Assembly: GCA_032718475.1 (NCBI GenBank)
Contig: JAUCBJ010005615.1
Coordinates: 14,354-78,353 of the forward strand
Direction of reading: 5' to 3'
From: Nemertoderma westbladi
Taxonomy: Eukaryota; Animalia; Xenacoelomorpha
Length of the DNA: 64,000 nt
Part shown: positions 12,943 through 25,548 of the stretch, piece after piece
How positions within the stretch are numbered: position 1 is the first letter of the stretch
Layout: every line of letters starts with the position of its first letter
Translations under genes and position numbers: made by a program
Notes under the pieces: generated by a model
The model's database searches: none
What the model was told of the DNA's origin: nothing
Seen by the model: the letters and a program-made list of their open reading frames with translations, nothing else

Positions 12943-14979
12943 AATCAGATAATGTTCAGAAGAATTAAATTTCAAATATATATATTTTATTAATTAATAT
13001 AGGCCTAGGCCTGTAGGCTGCTATTATTTTATTATTATTGCTGTGCTGTAGGCCTATGCCTGTATGCTGTATTGTTAATTACTAGGCCTATTATTACCTG
13101 TCAGCAGGTAGGCCTAGCGCTATCAGGCTATCGCAGTAGCCTAACGTAATTAGGCATACTGACGACTGAATTATTTTATTCTAAATTACACTGCTGCACT
13201 GTACACCATCTCCTGATCTCCCTTAAATACAACCATGTTCAACCCATTTCAATTCCATTTCAACCTTGCGTTGCACAGACAGACACATGCAAGGATTCCA
13301 AATATGTAACAATCAGTGACAATCTGAGTGTCTGAATATCGTGATAGGCCTATCTCAATTTCAGAATTTGTTATGTTGGTTGAGAAACGAAACATCTGAG
13401 AAATAGCCAGATAGGCCTAGGCGTTCAAAAATCGGAAGATTGCAAGAAGTAGGTTGCCTGTTTGTTTGTTTTTGCATTTAGGCCACAAATGGCCTACAGA
13501 CAGACAGGCTACAGCTGTAGCAGTACTATCTGACTGTGGACTGAGATTATTTATTGAGGACTAATATAGTATAGGAACGAAACAACAACTGGTAAAGATA
13601 TGCACGACAAACTGAAAGTAGTTACCCCCCCCCCACTCCCCTACGGTTTTTCTTATTTTGTACATGTCTCCAATGTGATTGAAAAATCCATAGAAAACGA
13701 TATACCATCGAAAAGTGGATCATCAAAAGTACATAAAAATTAAAAAAACAATTTTATGGCGCCCCCTAGCGGGCTGCGTGAGATTTAAAAAAATTTCACT
13801 CAAAAGACTAACTCCTCAGTTATTTTCCATTTTTGTTTTTCAATACCATATTTTTTGGAAAAACCATGTTCATTTTCATTATATTTTTCATGTACTTTTT
13901 TTATTTTCGTTTTCTATTTCTGATAATTTGTCAATGTTATAAAAAAAATTCAAATTTTTATAAATACTGTTGGCCTACAGTACTGAAAAAACCCTTGTTT
14001 TTTTTGTAACTATTCATATCTGAAATTTATTGAAGCTTATGAAATTAGTTTAGTTTTCGGGGTCGCGGATTTCATTTCCGATGTCAGTTTTAATATTTGG
14101 TGCAATGTAGTCTGTCTGTCTGGCTGTCTTACATTTTGACAGACAGAATGGCAGACAGATATTCCACGATAACTAAGAGATCTCTCTAAACCGTTTTCAG
14201 ATTTGAAATCCCGATTACATTCTGCTCCAGGTGCTATAAAAAACAAATTTATGAAATTTTTTCGAGGGGGGCTAGCCCCCACACCCCCTCCCATGTTCCA
14301 TTGGATTATTTAAAAAAATATAAACAAACATGGTTCAACAAAGTCTCACATACCGATGACAATCATAAATGAAATGTGATTAAGTTAAAACGGGATTTGA
14401 AATTACATTTATATGTTTTCACTGCAATTATAACTTTCTGTTCAAAGTCTCCCTCAATCCCCCCCACCCCCGCCTACATAAACAGGTTGTAAGGCAACTT
14501 CTTCAGTAAACGTCACTGAAGGGATATCTTTCGTCATTGTAAAAGCTTTTGCGGATAAAATAAGTCAATTGAGCAATGCGCTAAATACTCTAAAAGACTT
14601 AAACTTATGCAACTACGTGTCTGTCCAAACTATCAGAGCTGAGATGACGAAATCTACCAGCTGTTTCTTTGTGTGAAGGATCTGTGTTAGTTGTTGACAT
14701 ATTTCAGCCAATCAGAGCGATCTCCCTTTACCTGTGCTCTGTAGCCTATATGAAATGACTCAATGTGGCAAAATTCTCAGAATTCATTCATTCTGATTTG
14801 CTGACTGTTCTGACTTCGCCCGAAACATCAGTGGCCTAAGAGAGTCATAAGAACGCAAATCTATTAACGTATTTCATAACGTATCAATTCACATATCATA
14901 CCGATTCATAACACACTATCGTAATGCTGAATTCTGATACTGCAACACGGCTGTTGCGCCGCTAGCACCGTTTTTACTG

Positions 14980-16850
14980 TTTTATACTGTTATTAGCTAT
15001 TGTTATATACTGTATGAATGGATGTTATATTTGGAGAATACTGATGAATAATCGTTAAATCCCCTTAACTTTCTTAATTACTGAGGTAAGCAGAAGGGTG
15101 TATCAGTAACAATTGTGGCTCAATTTATAGTGGTTTGTATGAATTCAATGCTATTTCATAACCCCAACGTATGTGAGTCGCAATCCTCCTTATATATGAT
15201 TAAAATCGGTGACAATCGGCAAATCAGTGTGTGTTAGTGTGAATATTAATGCAGAAATTGTGTGTGAAGGTTAATAAAGCTTTCCTAAAGAATGCCCCAT
15301 TTGCGTTATCTCATTGCCACTAGTTGTAATTAGTGTCAGACATAACTCTGTGTGATAATTAAAGCGCCACGCCCCAAAGAAACTGTTAATATTTCCCCGA
15401 AAGTAAATATAGTTGTCGAAGATTATATAGTAGTGATCAATCGATTATAATACAAACATCTCCCACATCCATGGGTCATACGCCGCACTAGACTGGCTTC
15501 AGCTGATGTCAATTAGTCAAGGCGATTGCCAATTCCTAAGACACTTAAAATAGTGGGTTAAACTGCTGAGGTCTAAAAGCGCGAAAGACCCTTATCCGAT
15601 CCTTAGGTGCTTCCCCTAGTAGAATATCTACCTCCCTTCCCACTAGACTTCCGGTTTCGTTCAGGGAACCTGCTGTCTGACTATTCGTACCAGTCGAGGA
15701 TGTGTAGTAGACCCCGGAAGCAGTGTCATACTCATAAATAAGAAGTCTCAGTTTGACTTGCAATGTATATTGATAACTACTAGTTCATTAACTACTATTT
15801 CTCACCAGGAGGAATTATTGCACATACGGTGGGAATAACGTAAACACCAATAATACACAACAATAATAAAGTAATATGTCATAAGGAAGAGTAAATAGAG
15901 AGGTTACATTTAATGTAGAAATGCACCCAAGAATAAATTCTATATCAAAACCGTCACATTAAATACACCGCAATATTTCAATAAACATCACTAAACATCT
16001 GGCCGCTCTACTGTTAACAATTCAACTAAGTACACTCACAGTACAATGTCAGTTACCCATCTCAGGAGTATGATAGAAAACCCCAAACCAATATAACAAC
16101 CCCTTTCGTCCATACAAACTGTATATAAATGTATGTAATATAAAACTGTATGTAAACTAATATATGATTAACACACATTGAATATTGGTTTCACCTCCTA
16201 CTGTACTTTGGCCCTTTACCCAATGGATGCTTTCCTGTTCCTTACCACGTGCTTCCCTCCCCACTATTGGCTAATATACTAATTGTCACTTTGGCACTCC
16301 CTGTGAGTGTTTCCCCCCTCTGCTATCCTCTACTAGCTGTATTCCCTCCGAGGTGGTTTGACCTCTCACCTTTCTCTGTGGCTTTGGGGCTTGTGCCCCC
16401 CCCCCCCCCCCCCAAATGTTGGTTGTGATACGAGATTAATATTGGTAATCTCGTATCCCCAACATATTGCTAAAATGCCACTGGTCCCATTTTCTGGTTG
16501 GTAATGAAGTGGAATTCAATCCGCTTACATTCACACTCCTAGTCATCATACTATGATTAACTCGGTTGACAATATTACACCCCCTGCTGTTTCTCTCTTA
16601 ATTATCTCATTTAATGCTTTGGTATTATTCACTAACAATGATACAGTGTAGTTTAATTAACTTACTTGTGGGTGCCGTTTCATCACCTGAAAAAACATAA
16701 ATAAAACAATCTAAAAACATAATTTGTTTTAGGCCTATATTTAATCGGAGAATTAGTCACAAATAATATTCGCTTTAATAATAAGAAAACGTAATGTTTA
16801 CTTACATTGATTATTATTGGTAGTTGCAATTGGCTGTGTATTTGTTGGAC
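14980..16850 (-). pseudogene. Possible decayed gene or non-coding spliced transcript with two micro-exons
   Basis: Strong splice signals delimit 45-nt (16806-16850) and 21-nt (16666-16686) exons. Downstream unique sequence gives protein-like fragments broken by stops; no family recognised. Confidence 0.3.
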
Positions 16851-17153
16851 CTTAAAAATAAATGATATATGTAATTAATTATGAATGGATGTGTCGTATT
16901 GTCGTATTACAGATTTGCAATCCTGGTAACGACACACTTCTGTTAATAAATGAATAATAAATATTTTTAATATACACCATGACCCGTAATATACTGTCAT
17001 TTTCTGATGACAGGGACCCCCCCCCCCCCCCCCCCCCCACCCCAACTTTTTCTACAAATCTTTATAATTTTACTTGAAATTTGAAACATAACTAGTTCAA
17101 CTCAACGTCGATGTCCACATGAAGCCGGAATCTTTGATTTTGCCTGTAAATTC

Positions 17154-17910
17154 TTTTGTTACATTATATCAACTTAACAGCGTTCTGGTGAATTACTCGT
17201 AACGCTGCAAAGTACTACTTTGCAGCGTTGCGGCATATAGGACGGAACGCTGCAAAGTAATCAATGACAAGGAAACAATTACAATTCAATTACTGTATTG
17301 CAGAATTTATTATTTCCATTTATGTTAATGAGTGCTGCTTTATCCAGTTTGTACTTGACGGGACTAGCTACTGTATGTAAATAATTGTTTACCGTGTACT
17401 GTAATCCATTATGGCGAAACGTCCAATAGAAACACTTTATAGAGAAAATGAGCAAACAAAATGGCGACAGTGTTCAGTAAAACTGAACGGACACAGATGG
17501 TGACTCAGTTTGCTTCAGTCGACGATGGATCAAAGATTTATCAGATCCATTTATGAGATAACTTCCAATAAACTTTAATTCGATTTTAATGTATAATTAA
17601 TACCGAGTAGGCCTACCTAGTTAATAAATTTCACTTATATTCGAAATAGTAGGCCTACATCATAAAATGTATAAATGAGCATCCATAAAATCCTTTCTTC
17701 ACATACCGAACGCTGACAAGTTGACATAATGTAACAAAATTACAAGTATAATACAAATACACCATTGCTTGCAAAGGTACTTTATTTCAGCGTTAAAGAC
17801 CCTTGTTTATTTATGTAAACCTCCCTCGGTGCGCTCGCTCGGTACATAAATAAGCTCGGATCATAACGCCTCAAAGTGCTACTTTGCACACAATGATGTA
17901 AATAGTTATT
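17154..17910. mobile_element. Diverged relative of the hairpin element family
   Basis: Inverted ends TTTTGTTACATTATATCAACTT / AAGTTGACATAATGTAACAAAA; internal palindrome AACGCTGCAAAGTA.TACTTTGCAGCGTT (about 17200-17230); A-like module ending TGTAAATAGTTATT. Confidence 0.55.
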
Positions 17911-18361
17911 ATAAGCGTTTTAAAAAGGTGTATTTTGCGAAATTGCACATCTCCTATCGTCGCCATTCTTCATATTAGTGAAGAATTGTTCATATCATTA
18001 AAAAGCTAGCGTTGCAAGGATTACAAATATGTAACAATGTCTGAATTTCGTTGAGAAACACCTGAGATATAGGCGTTCAAATATTGGAAGAATTATTGTT
18101 CGATGAAGGCAATTTATACTACTGTATTTATAAAATACACAATGTTCTGGAACATTTTGTTTATGTATGAATAACTATATGTATGAATAACTATTTGTCC
18201 CGCTATAAATGAGACCCTAGACATGTATCTCCTTTCGCGCTCCTTTGTATTTTGTTTGTGTTATAACAGAAAGAATATGTTGCTATCGAAAAGAGAATGA
18301 ACTAAAGTAAAAACAAAATAGAGATATTATCTAGGCATACCGCTTTTGCCCACCAACTCAC

Positions 18362-19240
18362 AATAACTATTTACATACATAAAGTAGCACTTTACAGTGT
18401 GATGATCCGAGTGGCTTTGTTACACGAACGACCGAACGTCAGTGAGTGAGTGAAAATAAAGCCACGAGGATCAGAACACTGTAAAGTACGTTATTTCAAA
18501 ATTGTAACATTACTCAACGCCGTTAGTAACAGCGAGTTGTTATTTAGCACTTTAGAGGACATTACAGCATTGTATTGGCCTGTACATTTATAGTATTGTA
18601 TTTGGTGTTATTGTTTACGTGGTAACCCATGACGGCGTTAAGTAATGTCCACTAAGGGGACATTACTTAACGCGTCATGGGTTACCACGTAAACAATAGG
18701 TGGAAATTTGCCTGACAGCCAGAAAGGCCTACTACATTACCTACCGGTAGGCAGGATATAGCTATTAATATCCAGTAGGGCCTAGCTATATTATTATAAC
18801 ATGGCTCCAAACGCCACCATAAATATAAGCTAACTTATTTATAACATATTTTATGTCATTTTTACATTTATTTATGCAGCAACTAATATAATTTGTACAG
18901 TTTCTATCACTTATAATGTATATGTACAATCATTTCGTAATGTTAACATTTTGGAATAAAACTACATACATACTTGTTGCAAAGTACTTTACAGTGTTCT
19001 TATCCTCGTGGCTTTATTTTCACTCACTCACTAACGTTCGTTCGTGTAACAAAGCCACTCGGATTATCACACTGTAAAGTGCTACTTTTACACACAAGTA
19101 TGTAAATAGTTATTGCAACAAGTATGTATGTAGTTTTATTCCAAAATGTTAACATTACGAAATGATTGTACATATACATTATAAGTGATAGAAACTGTAC
19201 AAATTATATTAGTTGCTGTATAAATAAATGTAAAACTGAC
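18362..19240. mobile_element. Hairpin/palindrome element family: inverted full copy inserted into a forward copy
   Basis: Hairpin module A (18362-18489, reversed at 18980-19113); core C with TTATTCCAAAA..TAACATTAC inverted ends and central palindrome 18609-18698; 18855-18982 is inverted at 19113-19240. Confidence 0.75.
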
Positions 19241-19509
19241 CATTGTCAACCATTTCAAAATTAATATTAATCAATTATTTATTCTTAGCTCTGTTTAAAA
19301 CAAGCGCGAAATCGCTCAAAGGTCCTCGTCTAATAACGCATGAACTGTCTCCTCCTTGAATGGCTCACTACCAGCCTGAATCATGCTTAAGTTTCAATTA
19401 AATCAAATTTTACAAAACCGAAATATTTTCTTAGAAAAAAAGATAACATTTAGAGCTACTTACAGTAGGCCTACAGTACATGTAGGATTAAACCCGGTGT
19501 TTAGAATTC

Positions 19510-22270
19510 CTACGGAGTGGCTACTTGAGGTCTGCCTACGCTACGGAGTGGCTACTTGAGGTCTGGCTACGCTACGGTGTGGCTACTTGAGGTCTGGCTA
19601 CGCTACGGTGTGGCTACTTGAGGTCTGCCTACGCTACAGAGTGGCTACTTGAGGTCTGGCTACGCTACAGAATGGCTACTTAAGGTCTGGCTATGCTACA
19701 GAATGGCTACTTGAGGTCTGGCTACACTATGGAGTGGCTACTTGACGTCTGGCTACGCTACGGGGTGGCTACTTGATGTCTGGCTACGCTACGGAGTGGC
19801 TACTTGAAGTCTGCCTACGCTACGGAGTGGCTACTTGAGGTCTGGCTACGCTACGGAGTGGCTACTTGAAGTCTGCCTACGCTACGGAGTGGCTACTTGA
19901 GGTCTGGCTACACTACGGAGTGGCTACTTGAGGTCTGGCTACGCTACGGAGTGGCTACTTGAGGTCTGGCTACGCTACGGGGTGGCTACTTGACGTCTGG
20001 CTACGCTACGGGGTGGCTACTTGACGTCTGGCTACACTACGGAGTGGCTACTTGAGGTCTGGCTACGCTACGGTGTGGCTACTTGATGTCTGGCTACACT
20101 ACGGAGTGGCTACTTTACGTCTGCCTACGCTACATAGTGGCTACTTGAGGTCTGCCTACGCTACGGAGTGGCTACTTGAGGTCTGGCTACGCTACGGTGT
20201 GGCTACTTGAGGTCTGCCTACGCTACGGAGTGGCTACTTGAGGTCTGGCTACGCTACGGTGTGGCTACTTGAGGTCTGGCTACGCTACGGTGTGGCTACT
20301 TGAGGTCTGCCTACGCTACGGAGTGGCTACTTGAGGTCTGCCTACGCTATGGAGTGGCTACTTGAGGTCTGGCTACGCTACGGTGTGGCTACTTGAGGTC
20401 TGCCTACGCTATGGAGTGGCTACTTGACGTCTGCCTACGCTACATAGTGGCTACTTGAGGTCTGCCTACGCTACGGAGTGGCTACTTGAGGTCTGGCTAC
20501 GCTACGGTGTGGCTACTTGAGGTCTGCCTACGCTACGGAGTGGCTACTTGAGGTCTGGCTACGCTACGGTGTGGCTACTTGAGGTCTGCCTACGCTACGG
20601 AGTGGCTACTTGAGGTCTGGCTACGCTACATAGTGGCTACTTGAGGTCTGCCTACGCTACGGAGTGGCTACTTGAGGTCTGGCTACGCTACGGAGTGGCT
20701 ACTTTGAGGTCTGCCTACGCTACGGAGTGGCTACTTGACGTCTGCCTACGCTACATAGTGGCTACTTGAGGTCTGCCTACGCTACGGAGTGGCTACTTGA
20801 GGTCTGGCTATGCTACGGAGTGGCTACTTGAGGTCTGGCTACGCTACGGTGTGGCTACTTGAGGTCTGCCTACGCTACGGAGTGGCTACTTGAGGTCTGC
20901 CTACGCTATGGAGTGGCTACTTGAGGTCTGGCTACGCTACGGAGTGGCTACTTGAGGTCTGGCTACGCTACGGAGTGGCTACTTGAGGTCTGGCTACGCT
21001 ACGGTGTGGCTACTTGAGGTCTACCTACGCTACAGAGTGGCTACTTGAGGTCTGGCTACGCTACGGAGTGGCTACTTGAGGTCTGGCTACGCTACGGAGT
21101 GGCTACTTGAGGTCTGGCTACGCTACGGTGTGGCTACTTGAGGTCTCCCTACGCTACGGGGTGGCTACTTGAGGTCTGCCTACGCTACGGAGTGGCTACT
21201 TGAGGTCTGGCTACGCTACGGAGTGGCTACTTGAGGTCTGGCTACGCTACGGAGTGGCTACTTGAGGTCTGGCTACGCTACGGTGTGGCTACTTGAGGTC
21301 TACCTACGCTACAGAGTGGCTACTTGAGGTCTGGCTACGCTACGGAGTGGCTACTTGAGGTCTGGCTACGCTACGGAGTGGCTACTTGAGGTCTGGCTAC
21401 GCTACGGTGTGGCTACTTGAGGTCTGCCTACGCTACGGAGTGGCTACTTGAGGTCTACCTACGCTATGGAGTGGCTACTTGAGGTCTGGCTACGCTACGG
21501 AGTGGCTACTTGAGGTCTGGCTACGCTATGGAGTGGCTACTTGACGTCTGGCTACGCTACGGAGTGGCTACTTGAGGTCTGCCTACGCTACGGAGTGGCT
21601 ACTTGAGGTCTGGCTACGCTACAGAGTGGCTACTTGAGGTCTGGCTACGCTACGGAGTGGCTACTTGAGGTCTGGCTACGCTATGGAGTGGCTACTTGAC
21701 GTCTGGCTACGCTACGGAGTGGCTACTTGAGGTCTGCCTACGCTACGGAGTGGCTACTTGAGGTCTGCCTACGCTATGGAGTGGCTACTTGAGGTCTGGC
21801 TACGCTACGGAGTGGCTACTTGAGGTCTGGCTACGCTACGGAGTGGCTACTTGAGGTCTGGCTAAGCTACGGTGTCGCTACTTGAGGTCTACCTACGCTA
21901 CAGAGTGGCTACTTGAGGTCTGGCTACGCTACAGAGTGGCTACTTGAGGTCTGCCTACGCTACGGTGTGGCTACTTGAGGTCTGCCTACGCTACGGAGTG
22001 GATACTTGAGGTCTGGCTACGCTACAGAGTGGCTACTTGAGGTCTGGCTACGCTACAGAGTGGCTACTTGGGGTCTGGCTATGCTACGGAGTGGCTACTT
22101 GACGTCTGGCTACGCTACGGGGTGGCTACTTGATGTCTGGCTACACTACGGAGTGGCTACTTGAGGTCTGGCTACGCTACAGAGTGGCTACTTGAGGTCT
22201 GGCTACGCTACAGAGTGGCTACTTGAGGTCTGGCTACGCTACGGAGTGGCTACGTGGGGTCTGGCTATGC
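19510..22270. repeat. 31-bp minisatellite CTACGGAGTGGCTACTTGAGGTCTGGCTACG, about 89 copies
   Basis: Directly visible tandem array with internal GCTAC subrepeats. Confidence 0.98.
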
Positions 22271-23191
22271 GGTCCTAAAACATATATACCGATACCGGTT
22301 ACTAGATCGACCGATACCTAAAAATATTTAGATTATTTTACATCAAGCAAATTTGGATTATAGACGAGCTTGAGCTACAGTATTATAGGCCATACATCAT
22401 GTACTTTAGAAAAACACTTTGTAATGTTTTTATTATCGAGGGTTTATTTCCGTTCACTCACATCACTATGTTCCTTAGAGTAGGCCCTAACATACCACTA
22501 GTATCAGCAGCTTGTTAAGGTCTACTTTAAATACATTAGCATATTTTTTTGGTCAAAAAAAAAAAAATTTCCATCAGGGTGGGGGGGCTTTACCTTTTAT
22601 AGTGTAGAATAACAACTCAAAAAACTTATTTTGGTCGATATTTGTACAGAATTTAATGGAGAATCCGAAAATGTAAGTATGACACAAGTTATGCCGAAAA
22701 AGAGTGTTAGACAGTTCAAATCTAACTAAGGACAACTCAAAATCATGAATTCAGTATTCTACAATACAGCAATACTATTCACCACTTAGGCCTACTACAG
22801 TACAGTGTTGTATGTAATTTATATACAGTAGTTCTGTCAACCGTTGTCCGTCCTTTTGGTCGATCTGTCGCCGAATGTTTGAAGGCTATTAACAATCTCC
22901 AATCAGTTTCTCTGTTTCCAAATAAGGAAAACTTTTTAAGCACCATATTGGTTTGATTTAATTCACAAATTACCTTATTTATAATTATTTAATGTAAAGC
23001 CGGACTGTGCATGCGTTGGTTGTAAGTAAAGTTCTAAAATTATATTCACACTATATATTAATAACTATTTACATACTTGTGTGTAAAGTAACACTTTAGA
23101 GTGTGATGATCCGAGTGGCTTTGTTACACGAACGAACGTTGTGAGTGAGTGAAAATAAAGCCACGAGGATCAGAACACTGTAAAGTACTTT

Positions 23192-23559
23192 GGGGCCGTC
23201 CAAGTATGACGTCAGCACTTTAGGGGGGGGGGGGGGGGGGGGGGGGTTGGGAAAATCTGATGACGTGCTGTTGATGGGAGGGGAGGGGGTCAGCCAAAAT
23301 CTGACGTCAGCATGTTTATTTATAGGTGCTAGAAGAGATACAGTATAGCAGACGAGTACAGTAAATAGCTAGCACGACCTTCTGTTTCAGTTACCAGTCA
23401 TCATGTTTCAGTGATTAGGACGCGAAAATTTTTTTAATCTGATTTAGGGGAGGGGGGGGGGGGGGGTCAACGCCTATCTGATGACATCTGATTTAGGGGA
23501 GGGAGGGGGTCAACATTTTGGGGAAAAGTGCAGACGTCATACAGTTCTTGGATGGCCCC
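23192..23559. mobile_element. PIF/Harbinger-like MITE
   Basis: GGGGCCGTCCAAGTATGACGTC...GACGTCATA..CTTGGATGGCCCC. 3-bp TSD TTT inferred from the empty site AAAGTACTTTGCAACAAG (reverse complement at about 18973-18990). Confidence 0.8.
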
Positions 23560-23616
23560 TTTGCAACAAGTATGTATTTAGTTTTATTCTAAAATTGTAA
23601 CATTACGAAATGATAT

Positions 23617-23927
23617 ATATACATTATGTACATATACATTATGTACATATAGATTATGTACATATAAATTATGTACATATACATTATGTACATATACATT
23701 ATGTACATATACATTATGTACATATACATTATGTACATATACATTATGTACATATACATTATGTACATATACATTATGTACATATACATTATGTACATAT
23801 ACATTATGTACATATACATTATGTACATATACATTATGTACATATACATTATGTACATATACATCATGTACATATACATTATGTACATATACATTATGTA
23901 CATATACATTATGTACATATACATTAT
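23617..23927. repeat. 18-bp minisatellite ATATACATTATGTAC-type array
   Basis: Tandem TACATTATGTACATA repeats (period 15 bp by line alignment, about 20 copies), expanded from the GTACATATACATTAT word of the host element. The period is 15 bp; treat the unit length given here in the evidence as the measured value. Confidence 0.9.
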
Positions 23928-24605
23928 AAGTGATAGAAACTGCACAAATTATATTAGTTGCTGTATAAATAAATGTAAAAATGACATGTTATAATAATAT
24001 AGCTAGGCCCTACTGGTTATTAATAGCTATACCCCGCCTACCGGTATGTAATGCAGTAGGCCTATCTGGCTGTCAGACAAATTTCTACCTATTGTTTACG
24101 TGGTAACCCATGACGGCGTTAAGTAATGTCCCCATTAGTGGACATTACTTAACGCCGTCATGGGTTACCACGTAAACAATAACACCAAATACAATAATAA
24201 ATGTACAGGCCAATACAATGCTGTAATGTCCTCTAAAGTTGTAAAGTGCTAAATAATAACTCGCTGTTAATACTAACAGCGTTGAGTAATGTTACAATTT
24301 TGGAATAAAATATATAACTCATACAATACTAAATGTACAGGCCAATACAATGCTATTTTAGAGTATTCTGCGCATTGCGTAAAAATGACTTGTTATGTCC
24401 GCAAAAGCATTTACACCGCTCCCAGAAAATTAGATTTAAGTCTATAAATTCTTAAGTCTATAAAAAATCACAGTTTCTAAAATACAAAATACTCTAAACT
24501 ATTAGTCCTTCTACAAATTTCTAAAATTCTTACAAATTTCTGGAAAAATTATTCATTTTGGATTTTTTACTGTAGTATTCCAGTTGTTCATTGATGCCTG
24601 CCTAT

Positions 24606-25548
24606 TAATCCATACAAAATCGCGCAGCTCATGTCATGCATATCTCAAAAAATCGTGCAGGTCATATGAACAATTTCACATTCCTATTTTACAGCTTTGA
24701 GCGTTTTAAGCTTATCTTAGTACGGCTGTCTGTCTGTACGTTGAATCTACATAATACATGTAATTTTTGCAACACCAAAATTGTTAATATTAAAAAATAT
24801 TTTTTGAATCCACTATATTTACATTTGAAAACACATTACTCTACTGTATAAAATTTGAATAAATATGCAATAGTTAAGTCATACTTATAATACATTGCTG
24901 CATTGTTACTTTCTGACTTTACCTGTTTACTAACGTAACATAGGCAATAGGCTGATAGGCATAGGCCTAATAACAATAGAGTACTGTCACTGTAGTTGAA
25001 ATAAATAGACAAATTCAGCTCCGGTTGCCTTACAGTATTATGGAGAAATGATTCGACAGTTTGAAGAATTGGAAATGAGAAATAACGCGAGCGAAGCGAG
25101 CGAAATTTTTTTGTGTATTTTTGTGATTTCAATTAATTTGTGGCGCGCATCAGAGCTGCGCACTGAGGCGCAACGCGCACCTGTCTCACCCGAACGCGCA
25201 CCTGTCTCACCCAAACGCGCACCTGTCTCACCCAAACGCGCAACGCGCACCTGTCTCACCCGAATGCGCACCTGTCTCACCCAAACGCGCAACGCGCATC
25301 TGGTTTGCAGTCATTCGCGCAGGTACGCGTCCGAGTTTTGCAGCATGAATTCCAACCTGGCCCTACAGCAGTACAGTCTGACAGTGGCCAGGTTGGAATT
25401 CATGCATGAGCGTGCAGGTACGCTTTGTTGTTACGAGAACACCGCGCACCTGAAATTGGCTCGTCGCGCACCTGAAATTGCACCTCATCATAATCCATAC
25501 AAAATCGCGCAGCTCATGTCAGCATGTCATGCATATCTCAAAAAATCG
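24606..25548. mobile_element. Rearranged (permuted) copy of the same hAT-like MITE
   Basis: Reverse-complement match to 33763-34672, but the two TIRs are internal (one ends at 25360, the other starts at 25388). Contains short CGCACCTGTCTCACCCAAACG repeats at 25175-25290. Confidence 0.8.

Larger units (their letters stand above)
23060..24310. mobile_element. Hairpin/palindrome element, forward copy (with nested MITE and satellite)
   Basis: Module A 23060-23190; core 23582-24310 with inverted ends; perfect 42-bp-arm palindrome 24090-24181 (8-nt loop). Confidence 0.75.

Noticed and set aside
23589-23994. MYMYI / HYVHI repeat ORFs
   Set aside because: They are translations of a short AT-rich satellite.
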